Assembly: GCA_050949315.1 (NCBI GenBank)
Contig: JBMNFL010000001.1
Location: 544,001 to 608,000, forward strand
DNA length: 64,000 nucleotides
Direction: 5' to 3'
DNA from: Bacilli bacterium
GTDB lineage: Bacteria; Bacillota_I; Bacilli_A; RFN20; UBA1709
Below are positions 1 to 9,655 of this stretch, piece after piece. Both the position numbers and the translations under genes were made by a program. The notes beneath the pieces are model-generated. The model saw only the letters and a program-made list of their open reading frames with translations, had not been told where the DNA came from and searched no databases. Position 1 is the first letter of the stretch, and each line of letters starts with the position of its first letter.

Positions 1-193
1 AAATAGGAGCACTTTCTTTTCTATCAATGTTATAAACTTCTATTAAGACCACTATTTGAAGTATGAATATTAGTAATGTAAAAAAAATGGTGGTAATCTT
101 ATATGGTAGTTTATCTTTAAACTTAAAGATTATATACCCACCTATTAAAAGATATAATAAGGCTGCAACTACGTTCAAGATATTCAAACTCGT
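1..193 (-). CDS. YwaF/TMEM164-like membrane protein, tandem paralog of 255..983 (5' part only, runs off window)
   Basis: Manual translation (T/M)SLNILNVVAALLYLLIGGYIIFKFKDKLPYKIT aligns with the N-terminus of 255..983. Same GAGGAACAATAA leader. The aligned start codon is ACG, with an in-frame TTG at 185-187. Confidence 0.7.
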
Positions 194-254
194 TTATTGT
201 TCCTCCCTGTTATATTTGATTATACAATAAATATCCTTGTTTTTATAACCTTTT

Positions 255-983
255 TCATGTTGTCTGCTCTTCATCAACCACAACTGCTCTTTTCTCATCT
301 ATCTTTTTAATAAACTTTAAAAAGAAATATCCAGTGACCAAAAAGAATGTTACACCAGTAATATAAACAAGAGCCGATAAATATGGGTTAGGAATGATAA
401 TATGTCGATAAATATGATGCTCCCCATTAAATGCCAGCCCGAAAAATGATGTGCCAAATATTATGTTAAGTACTATCATAATTGCAACTATCATATATAT
501 AATCATTAAGGCTTTAAGACAATTCTTTACCGTTATCTCTATTCTTTTAGTCAGCAAAAGATAAATGCCAAAAAAGGCCATTGTAAAATGGGTAATCCAC
601 TCAATTGAAAAAAACGGATAATAACGGTCAAAAAACATATACCAAATAGGGCTTCCGATTCCGGCAACTATCATTGTAAAGGAAAGCATCGTCATTAATA
701 AATAAAAGTGTTTTTTGATGATTTTTGGTAAGAACAACACAACAAACACCATTGTAAACATAAGTGAACTAATATTTGAAGTAGGAAGCACATTATTAAA
801 ATTCCACCAAGAATCTTTACGATAAAAATTTATTAAGGAAAATACATAGGGTACAAATATTAAAAACGTTAACACAACTGTGATAATTTTATACGGCAAT
901 CTATCTTTAAACTTAAAGATTATGTACCCTCCTACAAGAAGATATAATATGGCCGCGATTAAATTCAATACTTCCCTAATCAT
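255..983 (-). CDS. Integral membrane protein, YwaF/TMEM164-like
   Basis: 242 aa multi-TM ORF with LP..NISS and 'EWITHF' motifs resembling the YwaF family. Confidence 0.6.
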   Translation of the reverse strand: MIREVLNLIAAILYLLVGGYIIFKFKDRLPYKIITVVLTFLIFVPYVFSLINFYRKDSWWNFNNVLPTSNISSLMFTMVFVVLFLPKIIKKHFYLLMTMLSFTMIVAGIGSPIWYMFFDRYYPFFSIEWITHFTMAFFGIYLLLTKRIEITVKNCLKALMIIYMIVAIMIVLNIIFGTSFFGLAFNGEHHIYRHIIIPNPYLSALVYITGVTFFLVTGYFFLKFIKKIDEKRAVVVDEEQTT

Positions 984-1070
984 TTATTGTTCCTCTTTAC
1001 GACACATTCCTATGCCACCCATACCCTTTGTTTTTATTACTTTTATAAATGCTTCTTTTCTTGTTTTCAT
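984..1070 (-). CDS. Possible 28-aa leader ORF (MKTRKEAFIKVIKTKGMGGIGMCRKEEQ)
   Basis: Open frame just downstream of TATAAT (1082-1087); its TAA abuts the ATG of 255..983; no clear RBS. Confidence 0.3.
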   Translation of the reverse strand: MKTRKEAFIKVIKTKGMGGIGMCRKEEQ

Positions 1071-1227
1071 CAATATACTATTATTATACCTGTTTTAGTA
1101 GATTATAAAACCAAAAAGACTAAAGTTTGCCGATTTTTTCTTCTGTTCTAAAGTATCTTTCATGATAAAAACTCCCTTTTCATTGTACCAACTTTGGTCC
1201 AAATTAAGGGAGCATTTTCAAAAAAGA

Positions 1228-1304
1228 TGGGGCGGAAAATGGGAATTGAACCCACGAATGCCTGATCCACAGTCAGGTGCGTTAACCTCTTCGCCACTTC
1301 CGCC
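1228..1304 (-). tRNA. tRNA-His (GTG)
   Basis: Reverse complement GGCGGAAG...CTGTGGA...GGTTCAATTCC...CGCCCCA; cloverleaf, G-1:C73, encoded CCA. Confidence 0.97.
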
Positions 1305-1378
1305 ATGTCATAAGGGCCCTATTATTTTAGCGTTTTACTTAATAAAAGTAAAGTATCTTGAATAAATAAACTGCTTTT

Positions 1379-2542
1379 TTAACTATAACGACTCTCAATT
1401 TTAATTTTAGGGAAATAACGCGGATCTAATTCTTTTAAACGCTTAGTAACCTCTTCTCTTAAGGCCTCTATTTTCTCTTCACTAAAACCATAGGGAACTA
1501 CTAAATCAAACAGAAGATTAATTTGTTTATTACCATCAATGAAGCGAAAATCATGAATATCAAAGACGGGATTGATTTTTTTAACTACTGCTAAAACTTC
1601 CTCTTTTCTTTGTAAGACTATAGGACTGGTTGATATGGGATCTAAATGAATGGTAAGTTCAACCTTGTAACGCTCATAAGCCTCATTTTCTAAAGCATCA
1701 ATCACCTCATGGATAGCCACAAGATTAACCGTTTCCTTAACCTCCGCATGAATAGAGGCAAAATAACAACCGGGCCCATAGTTATGGACTATTAAATCAT
1801 GAGCGTCAATGATCCCCTCGCCACTTTTTACCAGCTTAGTAATATTGTTGCTCAACTCTGCACTAGGTGGGGTTCCAAGTAAAGTCACAATCGCTTCTTT
1901 GGCCACCTTATAGCCACTATAAGCCACCACTAAAGCCACTACTAAACCGGCAATTCCATCTACAGGGAAAGTGGTGTGTGGAGCGATTATCATACAAACG
2001 ATAATAGCAAAAGTAATAAGAATATCGTTAAAGCTATCAATTGCTGCCGCTCTTAAAACCGAAGAATTAATCTTGCGGGCATAGTAGCGATTATAAAGAA
2101 ACATCCAAAGTTTTAATAAAATATAGAAACCTAAAACTAAATATAAAATAAAGCCAGTAGCTATAGGCACAGGATTAATAATCTTAGCGATGGCTTCGCG
2201 TAAAAGTTCAACCGCCATAAAAATAATTAAAAAGCCGACAACAAGACTAGCTACATATTCAAAACGACCATGACCAAAGGGGTGTTCACGATCAGCCCGC
2301 TTATTTGAGATTTTAGCCGAGAAAACAGAAACACTGGAATTAATGACATCGCCAAGGTTATTAAAGGCATCAGAAACAATCGCAATACTAGAAAAGACTA
2401 GACCGATGATAAGTTTAGCTACAAAGGAAAATAAATTGCCTAAAATACCAACAATCCCACAAAGTGCTGTGTATTTTCCCCGCACTTTATTGTCGGTGAT
2501 ATTTTCATAATCCTTAATAAAAATTCTGACTAAAAAAAACAT
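1379..2542 (-). CDS. Cation diffusion facilitator (CDF) family transporter
   Basis: SDAFNNLGD, HPFGHGRFEY, DSFND motifs; C-terminal dimerisation domain. Confidence 0.93.
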   Translation of the reverse strand: MFFLVRIFIKDYENITDNKVRGKYTALCGIVGILGNLFSFVAKLIIGLVFSSIAIVSDAFNNLGDVINSSVSVFSAKISNKRADREHPFGHGRFEYVASLVVGFLIIFMAVELLREAIAKIINPVPIATGFILYLVLGFYILLKLWMFLYNRYYARKINSSVLRAAAIDSFNDILITFAIIVCMIIAPHTTFPVDGIAGLVVALVVAYSGYKVAKEAIVTLLGTPPSAELSNNITKLVKSGEGIIDAHDLIVHNYGPGCYFASIHAEVKETVNLVAIHEVIDALENEAYERYKVELTIHLDPISTSPIVLQRKEEVLAVVKKINPVFDIHDFRFIDGNKQINLLFDLVVPYGFSEEKIEALREEVTKRLKELDPRYFPKIKIESRYS

Positions 2543-2581
2543 TTTTCATTGTCCTTTCTATAGATTTTTCCGATACTTTTT

Positions 2582-3436
2582 CTAATTAATAAAAATTAAG
2601 GCATAGCCGAGAATTAAAGCCGTTAGAGTCAAAACCCCAATAATAAGAGGAAAGTTTTTCACGGCTTTTCTATCCTTTAGTAAATAAGCCATTCCTAGGC
2701 CTGCATTAACCGTTAAACCCGCAACTAAGGCACTAAAGGGCATGCCGCCAACTAAATAAAATTCCGTTAAGATGACACTGGAAGCACAGTTAGGAATAAA
2801 GCCAACGATGATTGAAAACAAGGGTGTCAGATACTTGTTTGTCTCTAAAAAGTTCAGAATGCTATCCTCGCCAATATAGTAGATAATCAAAGCAAAGCCG
2901 ATATTGATAAGCAAAACATAGATGAAAATTTTTAAGGAATGAACCAAAGGATGGATTAAATGACTGTGAAGAGGATTTTCTTTGTCACCAATGCGATGTC
3001 CACAACAACCAATATGAACCTCACTTTCACTAACTTCGGGATTAGTTAGAGTCTCTTTATTTCGAAAATAAATAAGGTCAACAACCACACCTACTAAAAA
3101 GCCGGCTACAAACTTAATCCCCAGTAGTATAAAACCATAATACCACTTTGGACTGGAAAGTAAAATAGGCAAGGCCTCATCAGAACAGGCAATAAACACA
3201 GCAATAAGCGTTCCTACACTAATCGCCTTTTTAATATACAAATCGCTAGCTACAACAGAAATCCCGCATTGAGGGACAATTCCTGCCAAAGCCCCCATTA
3301 AAGGACCAACTTTTTTTGATTTCTTGAGATATTGGACTAAAGCATTTTCAATGAAGGATAAAAGGATAAACATTACAAAGGCTAAAGCTAAAACCTTTAA
3401 ACTATCCATCAAAGCCTCTAATAAGGCATCTATCAC
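2582..3436 (-). CDS. Putative manganese/heavy-metal transporter (ArsP_2/DUF2899-like)
   Basis: Duplicated GIVPQCG / GFIPNCAS and SDEA motifs; His/Cys-rich loop. Confidence 0.8.
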   Translation of the reverse strand: MIDALLEALMDSLKVLALAFVMFILLSFIENALVQYLKKSKKVGPLMGALAGIVPQCGISVVASDLYIKKAISVGTLIAVFIACSDEALPILLSSPKWYYGFILLGIKFVAGFLVGVVVDLIYFRNKETLTNPEVSESEVHIGCCGHRIGDKENPLHSHLIHPLVHSLKIFIYVLLINIGFALIIYYIGEDSILNFLETNKYLTPLFSIIVGFIPNCASSVILTEFYLVGGMPFSALVAGLTVNAGLGMAYLLKDRKAVKNFPLIIGVLTLTALILGYALIFIN

Positions 3437-3489
3437 TATTGATCATCCCTTTCATGCTTTCATATTTTATACTTTTTTATAAGAAAAAT

Positions 3490-3515
3490 AAAGACATCCG
3501 CTTGGGAATGTCTTT
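3490..3515 (-). terminator. Intrinsic terminator of the feo operon
   Basis: AAAGACAT..ATGTCTTT hairpin followed by T-rich tract on minus strand. Confidence 0.6.
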
Positions 3516-3522
3516 AATAATT

Positions 3523-3678
3523 TTATCTATAACATGACTCTCTTTTATCCTTGTTACAACTTTGAGCATAAGGACAGAAGCGACAAGGATTCTTTCGATT
3601 CTTAAACAAGGCAAAAAAGACGATTAAGCCCACCACAACAATGACGGCTATTAGGATAATAATATCTAAGGCACTCAT
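3523..3678 (-). CDS. FeoB-associated Cys-rich membrane protein (51 aa)
   Basis: Manual translation MSALDIIILIAVIVVVGLIVFFALFKNRKNPCRFCPYAQSCNKDKRESCYR; ATG abuts the feoB stop; below ORF-track cutoff. Confidence 0.85.
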   Translation of the reverse strand: MSALDIIILIAVIVVVGLIVFFALFKNRKNPCRFCPYAQSCNKDKRESCYR

Positions 3679-5664
3679 TTAAAAGCCTCCTGTTAGTAAA
3701 CTACCAACTAAGAAAACTAAGATGGCTAAAACCCAAGCGATACCCGTTTGGAAAAAGGCCGCTTTTAACATGGCTTTGGTCCCACCTAATTCTCTTTTCA
3801 TGGCACCGAGGGCACCAAAACAAGGAGCGGAGAAAAGATTAAAGACCATAAAGGCGTAGGCACTAACAGAGTTAAAGTAACCAAAGGCTCCACCTTCGGC
3901 CAAAATTAAATGCCCCTCAGTTACATCTTCGCTTAAACCGGCAATAATCGCCATAGAAGAAACCACCTGTTCTTTAGCAACTAGCCCCTGCACCGCTGAG
4001 ACAGTAGCTTCCCAAGACCAGTGTCCGATCATAGGATAAAAGAGCCAAGCTAAGGCATTACCAATACTGGCCAAAATTGAATCAGCCACTTCCACCCCAT
4101 ACTCAAACTTCCAGTTAAAGGATAGTAAGACCCAAATAACAATGGAACAAAGTAAGATGATGGTTCCAGCTCTTTTAATAAAGGCTAAGGTTTTTTCAGA
4201 AACATCACGGAATAAATATTTAAAGTTTGGTAATTTATATTCTGGTAATTCACTGATATAAGAAGAGTTTTCACCCTTAAAGACAAACTTTCTTAAAAGG
4301 TAAGCTAGAAGGATAATAACGATAACAGCAAAGAAGTATAGAGAAGCACTGACAATGCCCGAATTAGGACCAAAGAAGTGACCTGCAAAAAGGGCAATAA
4401 TCGGTAACTTCGCACTACAGGGAATAAAAGGCGTTAAAATAACTGTCATCTTCTTTTCTTCAGCATTCTCAATAGCCCTAGCCGCCATAACACCAGGCAC
4501 CGAACAACCAGTTCCGACGATAAAGGGAATCAAAGCTTTACCACTTAGACCAATTTTTCTAAACAGACGATCTAAGAAGAAAGTGATTCTTGACATATAG
4601 CCTGTTGTTTCTAGCAAACAAATACAAAGGAAGAGAATAATTAACTGAGGGACGAAGCTTAATATCGCCCCCACACCGGCAATGACACCATCAACAACAA
4701 GACTTATCGACCACTCTGAAGCTCCACCATTTTCTAAAGCCCCAGAAACCCACTCGCTAAGACCCTCCATTAATTCTTCAATCCAGCCAACCGTCGCACT
4801 GCCCACTACTCCCACTGAAAGGAAGTAAATGAGGAACATAATAGCCGCAAAAATAGGCAAGGCGGCAAACTTATTTAAGAAAACCTTATCTAAGCGATCG
4901 GTTATCGTTACTTTACGTGGCCCAAAAGTGCAAACTTTTTTCCTTAATTCAGTAATAAAATCATAACGTTGATTAGCAATGATCTCTTCAGTATCAAGAC
5001 CATATTTTTCTTCTATTTCTTTGATTAATTGCTGATCTAAATCTGTCGCGCTTTTTTGATATCTAGGATCGCGTTCTAACAATTTAACAGCCACAAAACG
5101 CTGGTGACTACCCTCTAATTCAGCTTCAATCTTCTTAATACTTTTTTCAATATCCGTCGCATATATTGGTAGATGAACATTATCTAAAACCTGATTTTCA
5201 TTAATAATCTTAATTAATTTATCAATACCTGTTCCCTTAAGGGCGGAAACTTCCACTACCGTTGTATGCAAGGCTTCTTCTAAAGCTTTACTATCAATTT
5301 TAATGCCTTTTTTATCTAATAAATCCGACATATTAAGCGCGATGATAACTTTACAGTCAAGTTCTAATAACTGCGTTGTCAGATATAAACTTCTTTCAAG
5401 TGAAGTCGCATCAATAATATTAATAATGATATCTGGTTTTTCCTCTACCGCATATTGACGAGAAACTTCTTCTTCAGGACTATAAGGACTCAAAGAATAA
5501 ATACCCGGCAAGTCGATTAGGGTATGTTTACTTCCCTTAATGCGTCCTTCTTTGCGTTCAATAGTAACACCTGGCCAGTTGCCAACCTTTTGGTGGGCGC
5601 CTGTTAAAGCATTGAATAAAGAAGTCTTCCCACTATTCTGATTTCCTACTAAGGCGATTCTCAT
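3679..5664 (-). CDS. feoB: Ferrous iron transport protein B
   Basis: GNQNSGKTS, NWPGVT, DLPGIYS GTPase motifs; PFIPCSAKLP gate motif. Confidence 0.97.
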   Translation of the reverse strand: MRIALVGNQNSGKTSLFNALTGAHQKVGNWPGVTIERKEGRIKGSKHTLIDLPGIYSLSPYSPEEEVSRQYAVEEKPDIIINIIDATSLERSLYLTTQLLELDCKVIIALNMSDLLDKKGIKIDSKALEEALHTTVVEVSALKGTGIDKLIKIINENQVLDNVHLPIYATDIEKSIKKIEAELEGSHQRFVAVKLLERDPRYQKSATDLDQQLIKEIEEKYGLDTEEIIANQRYDFITELRKKVCTFGPRKVTITDRLDKVFLNKFAALPIFAAIMFLIYFLSVGVVGSATVGWIEELMEGLSEWVSGALENGGASEWSISLVVDGVIAGVGAILSFVPQLIILFLCICLLETTGYMSRITFFLDRLFRKIGLSGKALIPFIVGTGCSVPGVMAARAIENAEEKKMTVILTPFIPCSAKLPIIALFAGHFFGPNSGIVSASLYFFAVIVIILLAYLLRKFVFKGENSSYISELPEYKLPNFKYLFRDVSEKTLAFIKRAGTIILLCSIVIWVLLSFNWKFEYGVEVADSILASIGNALAWLFYPMIGHWSWEATVSAVQGLVAKEQVVSSMAIIAGLSEDVTEGHLILAEGGAFGYFNSVSAYAFMVFNLFSAPCFGALGAMKRELGGTKAMLKAAFFQTGIAWVLAILVFLVGSLLTGGF

Positions 5665-5942
5665 TACTCAATCACCTCGATATCAATGGTTTCCATATCC
5701 TTTTTACGGATACAGAGTTCATAACCCCTTAATTCGATATCAATCGGATCACCCAAAGGGGCGATTTTTTTGATTTTAATCTCTACCCCACTAGTAATGC
5801 CCATATCAAAAAGGCGCCGGCGTACGGCCGCACTATCATTATGTAAACCAAGAACTTTAGCTACTTGTCCTTTTTGCAAGTCAATTAAATGCCCCCGCTC
5901 TCCTTTTCTTAGTCTTCTTCTTTGTCTTCTTCTTTCGCGCAT
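5664..5942 (-). CDS. feoA: Ferrous iron transport protein A
   Basis: RRLFDMG...APLGDPI motif; coupled to feoB. Confidence 0.93.
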   Translation of the reverse strand: MRERRRQRRRLRKGERGHLIDLQKGQVAKVLGLHNDSAAVRRRLFDMGITSGVEIKIKKIAPLGDPIDIELRGYELCIRKKDMETIDIEVIE

Positions 5943-5971
5943 ATAATCACCTCAATTAATATTTAAATAAC

Positions 5972-6024
5972 AGTTAGTCATGACTAACTAATGGTTATTA
6001 TAATACTTATTGTCTAACTGTCAA
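5972..6024 (-). promoter_or_regulatory. feoAB sigma-A promoter with DtxR/MntR-type operator palindrome
   Basis: TTGACA (6019-6024)-N16-TATAAT (5997-6002); perfect 18-bp palindrome AGTTAGTCATGACTAACT at 5972-5989. Confidence 0.75.
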
Positions 6025-6053
6025 GCGATTTAATAATTTTTCAATCTTTATAT

Positions 6054-7070
6054 CTAACGACTTTTATTAAACTTCTTTAAGGCCTCTTCAACCGCGACCG
6101 CAATTTCAACTGTCGCCCCAACCATGGGATTATTGCCCATGCCAATAAAACCCATCATTTCCACATGGGCCGGAACTGAAGAAGAGCCGGCAAATTGGGC
6201 ATCACTATGCATCCGCCCCATCGTATCGGTTAAACCGTAGGAAGCCGGTCCTGCCGCCATGTTATCAGGATGCAGTGTTCTACCGGTCCCCCCACCTGAG
6301 GCCACCGAAAAATACTTTTTCCCCGCCTCTAAGCGCTCTTTTTTATAAGTCCCCGCTACAGGATGTTGGAAGCGGGAGGGATTAGTTGAATTGCCGGTAA
6401 TTGAGACATCAACATTTTCCTGCCACATAACAGCAACACCCTCGCGCACATCATCCACCCCATAACAACGAACCTTGCTTCTTGGTCCTTTTGAATAGGG
6501 TTTCTCGCTGACAACTGTTAATTTTCCACTGCGGTAATCAAAACTGGTCTCCACATGAGTAAAACCATTGAGACGCGAAATAATAAGGGCGGCATCCTTG
6601 CCTAAACCATTTAAAATAACCCGCAAAGCTTTCTTACGAACCTTATTGGCAGAATTAGCAATACCTATTGCCCCTTCAGCGGCCGCAAAGGATTCATGAC
6701 CAGCTAAGAAAGCAAAACATTCAGTTTCTTCTGAAAGTAGCATACTGGCAAGATTACCGTGCCCTAAACCTACCTTGCGCTCAGCGGCAACACTGCCTTC
6801 TATGCAAAAACTCTGTAAAGCTTCACCAATTATCTTAGCCACCTCACTAGCTTTCTTCTTTTCCTGTTTTAAAGCCATGGCCGCTCCTAAAGTATAGGCC
6901 CAGGCAGCATCATCAAAACTGATGGGTTGCACTTCTTTAACAATCTTTAAAGGATCAAAGCCATAATCTAAACAGAGCTGATGAGCCGCTTTTAAATCTT
7001 TTAAACCATGCCGTTTAAGGAGTTCACTAATCTTATCGATTCTTTGATCATATTTTTCAAATAAAGCCAT
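6054..7070 (-). CDS. GGGtGRT family protein
   Basis: SGGGTGRTLHPDN signature; family-typical MALFE start at 7070. Confidence 0.93.
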   Translation of the reverse strand: MALFEKYDQRIDKISELLKRHGLKDLKAAHQLCLDYGFDPLKIVKEVQPISFDDAAWAYTLGAAMALKQEKKKASEVAKIIGEALQSFCIEGSVAAERKVGLGHGNLASMLLSEETECFAFLAGHESFAAAEGAIGIANSANKVRKKALRVILNGLGKDAALIISRLNGFTHVETSFDYRSGKLTVVSEKPYSKGPRSKVRCYGVDDVREGVAVMWQENVDVSITGNSTNPSRFQHPVAGTYKKERLEAGKKYFSVASGGGTGRTLHPDNMAAGPASYGLTDTMGRMHSDAQFAGSSSVPAHVEMMGFIGMGNNPMVGATVEIAVAVEEALKKFNKSR

Positions 7071-7080
7071 AATTTCACTC

Positions 7081-7773
7081 CTATTCTTTTCTAGGGTCAA
7101 TGATTTTGCTAGCTTCATCAAAACGCCCATATTTACCACTGGCTTGTTTGAGAGCCTCATCGCCTGATAGACCCGCTTTTAAACTTTCCATAAGCTTTCC
7201 TAAATTAACATATTTATAACCAATAATCTCATCATTTTCATCTAAACCTAATTCGGTGATATAACCTTCCGAGAGTTCTAAATAACGCGGTCCTTTAAGC
7301 TTGCTACCATAACAAGTTCCTATTTGGCTACGTTTATTTTTTCCTAAATCCTCTAAAGCGGCGCCAACGGCTAGCCCACCTTCAGAAAAGGCCGTTTGGC
7401 TGCGACCATAGGCAATTTGAAGGAATAATTCACGCATCGCAACATTAATCGCATCACAGACCAAATCGGTATTTAAGGCCTCTAAGATGGTTTTCCCAAT
7501 CAAAATCTCACTGGCCATCGCGGCTGAATGGGTCATACCAGAACAACCAAGGGTTTCAATCAAGGCTTCCTCAATAATACCATTCTTGATATTTAATGTT
7601 AGCTTACAAGCACCCTGTTGAGGCGCACACCAGCCAACTCCGTGAGTTAAACCCGAGATGTCTTTGATTTCCTTAACCTTATCCCAGCGCCCTTCTTGGG
7701 GAATGGGGGCTGAACCATGTTTAGCCGCACAAGCAACACAGCCCATCTTTTTTATTTCTGTTGTATAACGCAT
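7081..7773 (-). CDS. NifU/IscU-like Fe-S scaffold protein (GGGtGRT partner)
   Basis: HGVGWCAPQQGACKL, ETLGCSGMTHSA, DLVCDA. Confidence 0.88.
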   Translation of the reverse strand: MRYTTEIKKMGCVACAAKHGSAPIPQEGRWDKVKEIKDISGLTHGVGWCAPQQGACKLTLNIKNGIIEEALIETLGCSGMTHSAAMASEILIGKTILEALNTDLVCDAINVAMRELFLQIAYGRSQTAFSEGGLAVGAALEDLGKNKRSQIGTCYGSKLKGPRYLELSEGYITELGLDENDEIIGYKYVNLGKLMESLKAGLSGDEALKQASGKYGRFDEASKIIDPRKE

Positions 7774-7823
7774 AAAATAATCCTCCCTCTACTTTTTAAT
7801 CATAAACTGCCCTTATTATTAAG

Positions 7824-8930
7824 TCAAAGCCTTTGGCTTACTTGTCTTGCCAAAAGTTTTAAACTCTCTTCACTTAATAAATCACAAATCTCTTGATAAG
7901 TGTTTATTTCGTGCTTTTCTAAAACCTGAGCGATAGTTTTAAAAAGTCTATCGTAGCCTTCATCTCCATAAAATTCAGAATTAAAACCTGCTAAACTATC
8001 CTCAATAACAATAAGCGTGGCCCTTCTTAAAAGTGTTAGAATTGACCTTTCAATCCAATAATAGTATTTAGTTTTTTCCCGCTCATACTTTTTGAGTTTT
8101 AAATAATAAGCGAGCCCATCATTGGCATTGTGCCAGAGATCAAAAAAGACACAGTCATAATCTAAGTCTTGCTTAAGGAAAGCGAAAGCATCGGCTTGAA
8201 CCACTTTGATTTTCTCGGCTTTAGCAAACAAGGGTAGAATTCTATTCTTAAACAAACGAATTACTTCCGCCTCTTTCTCAACGATTGTAACTACACTTAC
8301 CTCTTCTTTTAAAGAAGCCATATAGGCAAAATAACCAAGGCCAAGACCAAAGCAAAGAACCTTACCCTTCATTTCCCTTAAAGGTTCTTCCATGGTCTCT
8401 ATCTCATTAGGGGTGATACTCATCCATTCCGCCCCATTTTCGTAGACTTCTAAGTACTTAAAGGCTTGCTTGAAAAAACCTAAACGCGGGATTTCTAAAA
8501 AACCTAGCTCATCTTTAATAATCAAATCATTATAGACAAAGCCCTCAAAGGCCTGATAATAACTATATTTAAAATGCCACTTGTCACCTTTAATTTCGGA
8601 AATTTTAATATTTACATAATAGGGATTTTCCTCGTATTTTTTGGTATCCAAAAGAAAAAGCCCTTCTTTAAAATAAGTAGGACTAATCTCTAATGTTAAG
8701 GCTTTCTTTCCAATCTTTTCTAAATAAGGAAGAAATAACTGTAGGAGTGCTTCTTTTTCACTCAACCCTGTAATTTCAACTAAACGCTTAAAAGCTTGGG
8801 CTTTAATAAACTTGCTATCATATTGCAAAAAATGCGCAATTAATTCATTAAGGTCGAGATTAAGATCTTTAGTTTCTAATAATTTCGTGAATTCCTTTTG
8901 TTCTTCTTTAGATAGATTGATTTTCATCAT
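7824..8930 (-). CDS. Class I SAM-dependent methyltransferase-like protein
   Basis: VLCFGLGLGY motif I, TIVE, DAF, FFDLWH. Confidence 0.6.
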   Translation of the reverse strand: MMKINLSKEEQKEFTKLLETKDLNLDLNELIAHFLQYDSKFIKAQAFKRLVEITGLSEKEALLQLFLPYLEKIGKKALTLEISPTYFKEGLFLLDTKKYEENPYYVNIKISEIKGDKWHFKYSYYQAFEGFVYNDLIIKDELGFLEIPRLGFFKQAFKYLEVYENGAEWMSITPNEIETMEEPLREMKGKVLCFGLGLGYFAYMASLKEEVSVVTIVEKEAEVIRLFKNRILPLFAKAEKIKVVQADAFAFLKQDLDYDCVFFDLWHNANDGLAYYLKLKKYEREKTKYYYWIERSILTLLRRATLIVIEDSLAGFNSEFYGDEGYDRLFKTIAQVLEKHEINTYQEICDLLSEESLKLLARQVSQRL

Positions 8931-8945
8931 TAAGTACCAAAAAAC

Positions 8946-9254
8946 TTATCTACTTACACCTACCGTCTTATCAACAGGCAAGGTAAAAACAATACCCTGA
9001 GCGTCGGTATTCGTTCCAATTTTGTCGTAAAGGCTAAGGAGAATCTCATCAACTAGTTCTGTTGGCACCAAAATTAAAACCATTTCCTTTTCTGGTTGAA
9101 TGGTAATATTAAAAATTTGTTCGGCTTCTTTAGCGGCAGTTCCGCGCGCTTTAATTACCGTTCCTCCTTTGGCACCATGTCTTTTAGCTTCTTCCATGGC
9201 CTCATCAACATAACCCTCATTGATAATACAGATAATTGCCTCAAATTCATTCAT
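8946..9254 (-). CDS. P-II family signalling protein
   Basis: GAKGGTVIKARGT, EKEMV, GIVFTLPV. Confidence 0.88.
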   Translation of the reverse strand: MNEFEAIICIINEGYVDEAMEEAKRHGAKGGTVIKARGTAAKEAEQIFNITIQPEKEMVLILVPTELVDEILLSLYDKIGTNTDAQGIVFTLPVDKTVGVSR

Positions 9255-9268
9255 GTTTTCACTCTCCC

Positions 9269-9652
9269 TTAATTTTGATTACTTAAAAATTGGTAAACGG
9301 CGACGCCAAGCAAACTATTTAACGCTATTGTAAAAGCAAGGCCTTTGCCATTTCTTGCCTTAGCAAATTTACTAGCAAACATATCTAAAACTTCTTCCTC
9401 TTTCTCACTGCGGATAGTCGCAAGAATAACCGCCTTGTGTTTGTCTTCTAAGCCAAGCATAGCTAAAGTTTTAGAATCCGCTGTTCCTTCACCTTTTAAA
9501 AATAGTTGCATGGTGACCTCTGATTCTTCTAAGGCCTCACTAAAAACTTCTAAACGTGGCCGTTCAACAACGGCTACTAAAAGTTTAAGCGCCTTAACAC
9601 CGGAAACATTACTTTTCTTGTTTTTCTTTTCGTCACTCTTCATCTGTTTCAC
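9269..9652 (-). CDS. P-II-like protein
   Basis: GEGTA..LGL, GKGLAFTI; typical partner of DUF1538. Confidence 0.75.
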   Translation of the reverse strand: MKQMKSDEKKNKKSNVSGVKALKLLVAVVERPRLEVFSEALEESEVTMQLFLKGEGTADSKTLAMLGLEDKHKAVILATIRSEKEEEVLDMFASKFAKARNGKGLAFTIALNSLLGVAVYQFLSNQN

Positions 9653-9655
9653 CTA

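Noticed and set aside
1162-1365. 67-aa plus-strand ORF
   Set aside because: Overlaps tRNA-His on the opposite strand
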